Shown in pieces: positions 63,412 through 64,000 of a stretch of 64,000 bases of DNA (positions are counted from its first letter, which is position 1; each line of letters opens with the position of its first letter). The translations under genes were made by a program, and so were the position numbers. The notes under the pieces are model-generated. The model had not been told where the DNA came from. It ran no database searches and worked only from the letters and a program-made list of their open reading frames with translations. The DNA comes from Haliotis cracherodii (lineage: Eukaryota): assembly GCF_022045235.1 (NCBI RefSeq), contig NW_027266308.1, forward strand, positions 68,944,001-69,008,000. Direction: 5' to 3'.

Positions 63412-64000
63412 CATGACATGACTACCTGAGACGGAGTCACTTGTATGAGTGACTGTCGATTGACCACAGATTGAAATAAAACAATATCCCATGATTCTGC
63501 CTCCAGGTTTTTCTGTTTCATGGTTTTTGGCACCGTGCTCATGGGTTTACCAAAGAAGTAGATGTCAAAGACCAGCATCCCTTCAGGTTTTGCTCTTACG
63601 TCAACCTGACATGTTTGGATGTTCAAAACAGTAATAAACCCTACTCACTTATGTAGGATCTTTGCATATAATGTTCCATCACTGAAAGGACTGACTCGAC
63701 TTAAACAAAAGTTACTTAATATACATGCTTGAGTGAAACCAATGGCCTGAGGACACTATGCAATGTCCAGGTAAATGATGATCATTCAAAGTGGTCATTT
63801 ATTGGCTCCTATCAATATTTACCATATGGTGCACCTCTCACATTGTTGCACAAGGTTTTACAAAGCATGAAATGATACCTCTTTAAGTTTGACTTCATTA
63901 TTTTCAGACAATCCATGTACAACTTGCAAACAAGATAAAGCAGGATAAAGAAGATAGAACAGAGGAGGCAAACAAAGACATGGAAATAGAAGTCTCACGA

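Overview
Repeat-rich eukaryotic (intron-containing) genomic DNA, probably molluscan/gastropod judging from a RUDI/V-SINE-like element (inference). The coding content is a tandem, same-strand (minus) cluster of three Rho-family small GTPase genes, assembled by hand from splice sites because the ORF track misses four of the eight exons. Gene A (54701-50848, 3 exons, 222 aa, ends CCRCVIL) and gene B (43320-33425, 3 exons, 203 aa, ends KKKSCVVS) are complete; gene C (15551 to beyond the left edge) is a canonical Cdc42/RhoJ/Q-like gene of which two exons are in the window. All three share the same two intron positions and phases. A and B are strongly atypical: both have DTxGL in place of DTAGQ (a natural Q61L equivalent), Tyr at the F28 position, a rewritten switch I with a shared (D/E)WH motif and a 9-10 aa insertion; A also has Ser at G12. 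The rest is about 15 minisatellite arrays, three to four SINE-like families, several MITEs, a decayed RNase H-bearing LINE, a 134-N gap and a few orphan exon candidates. Repeat boundaries are approximate; exon boundaries were counted base by base.
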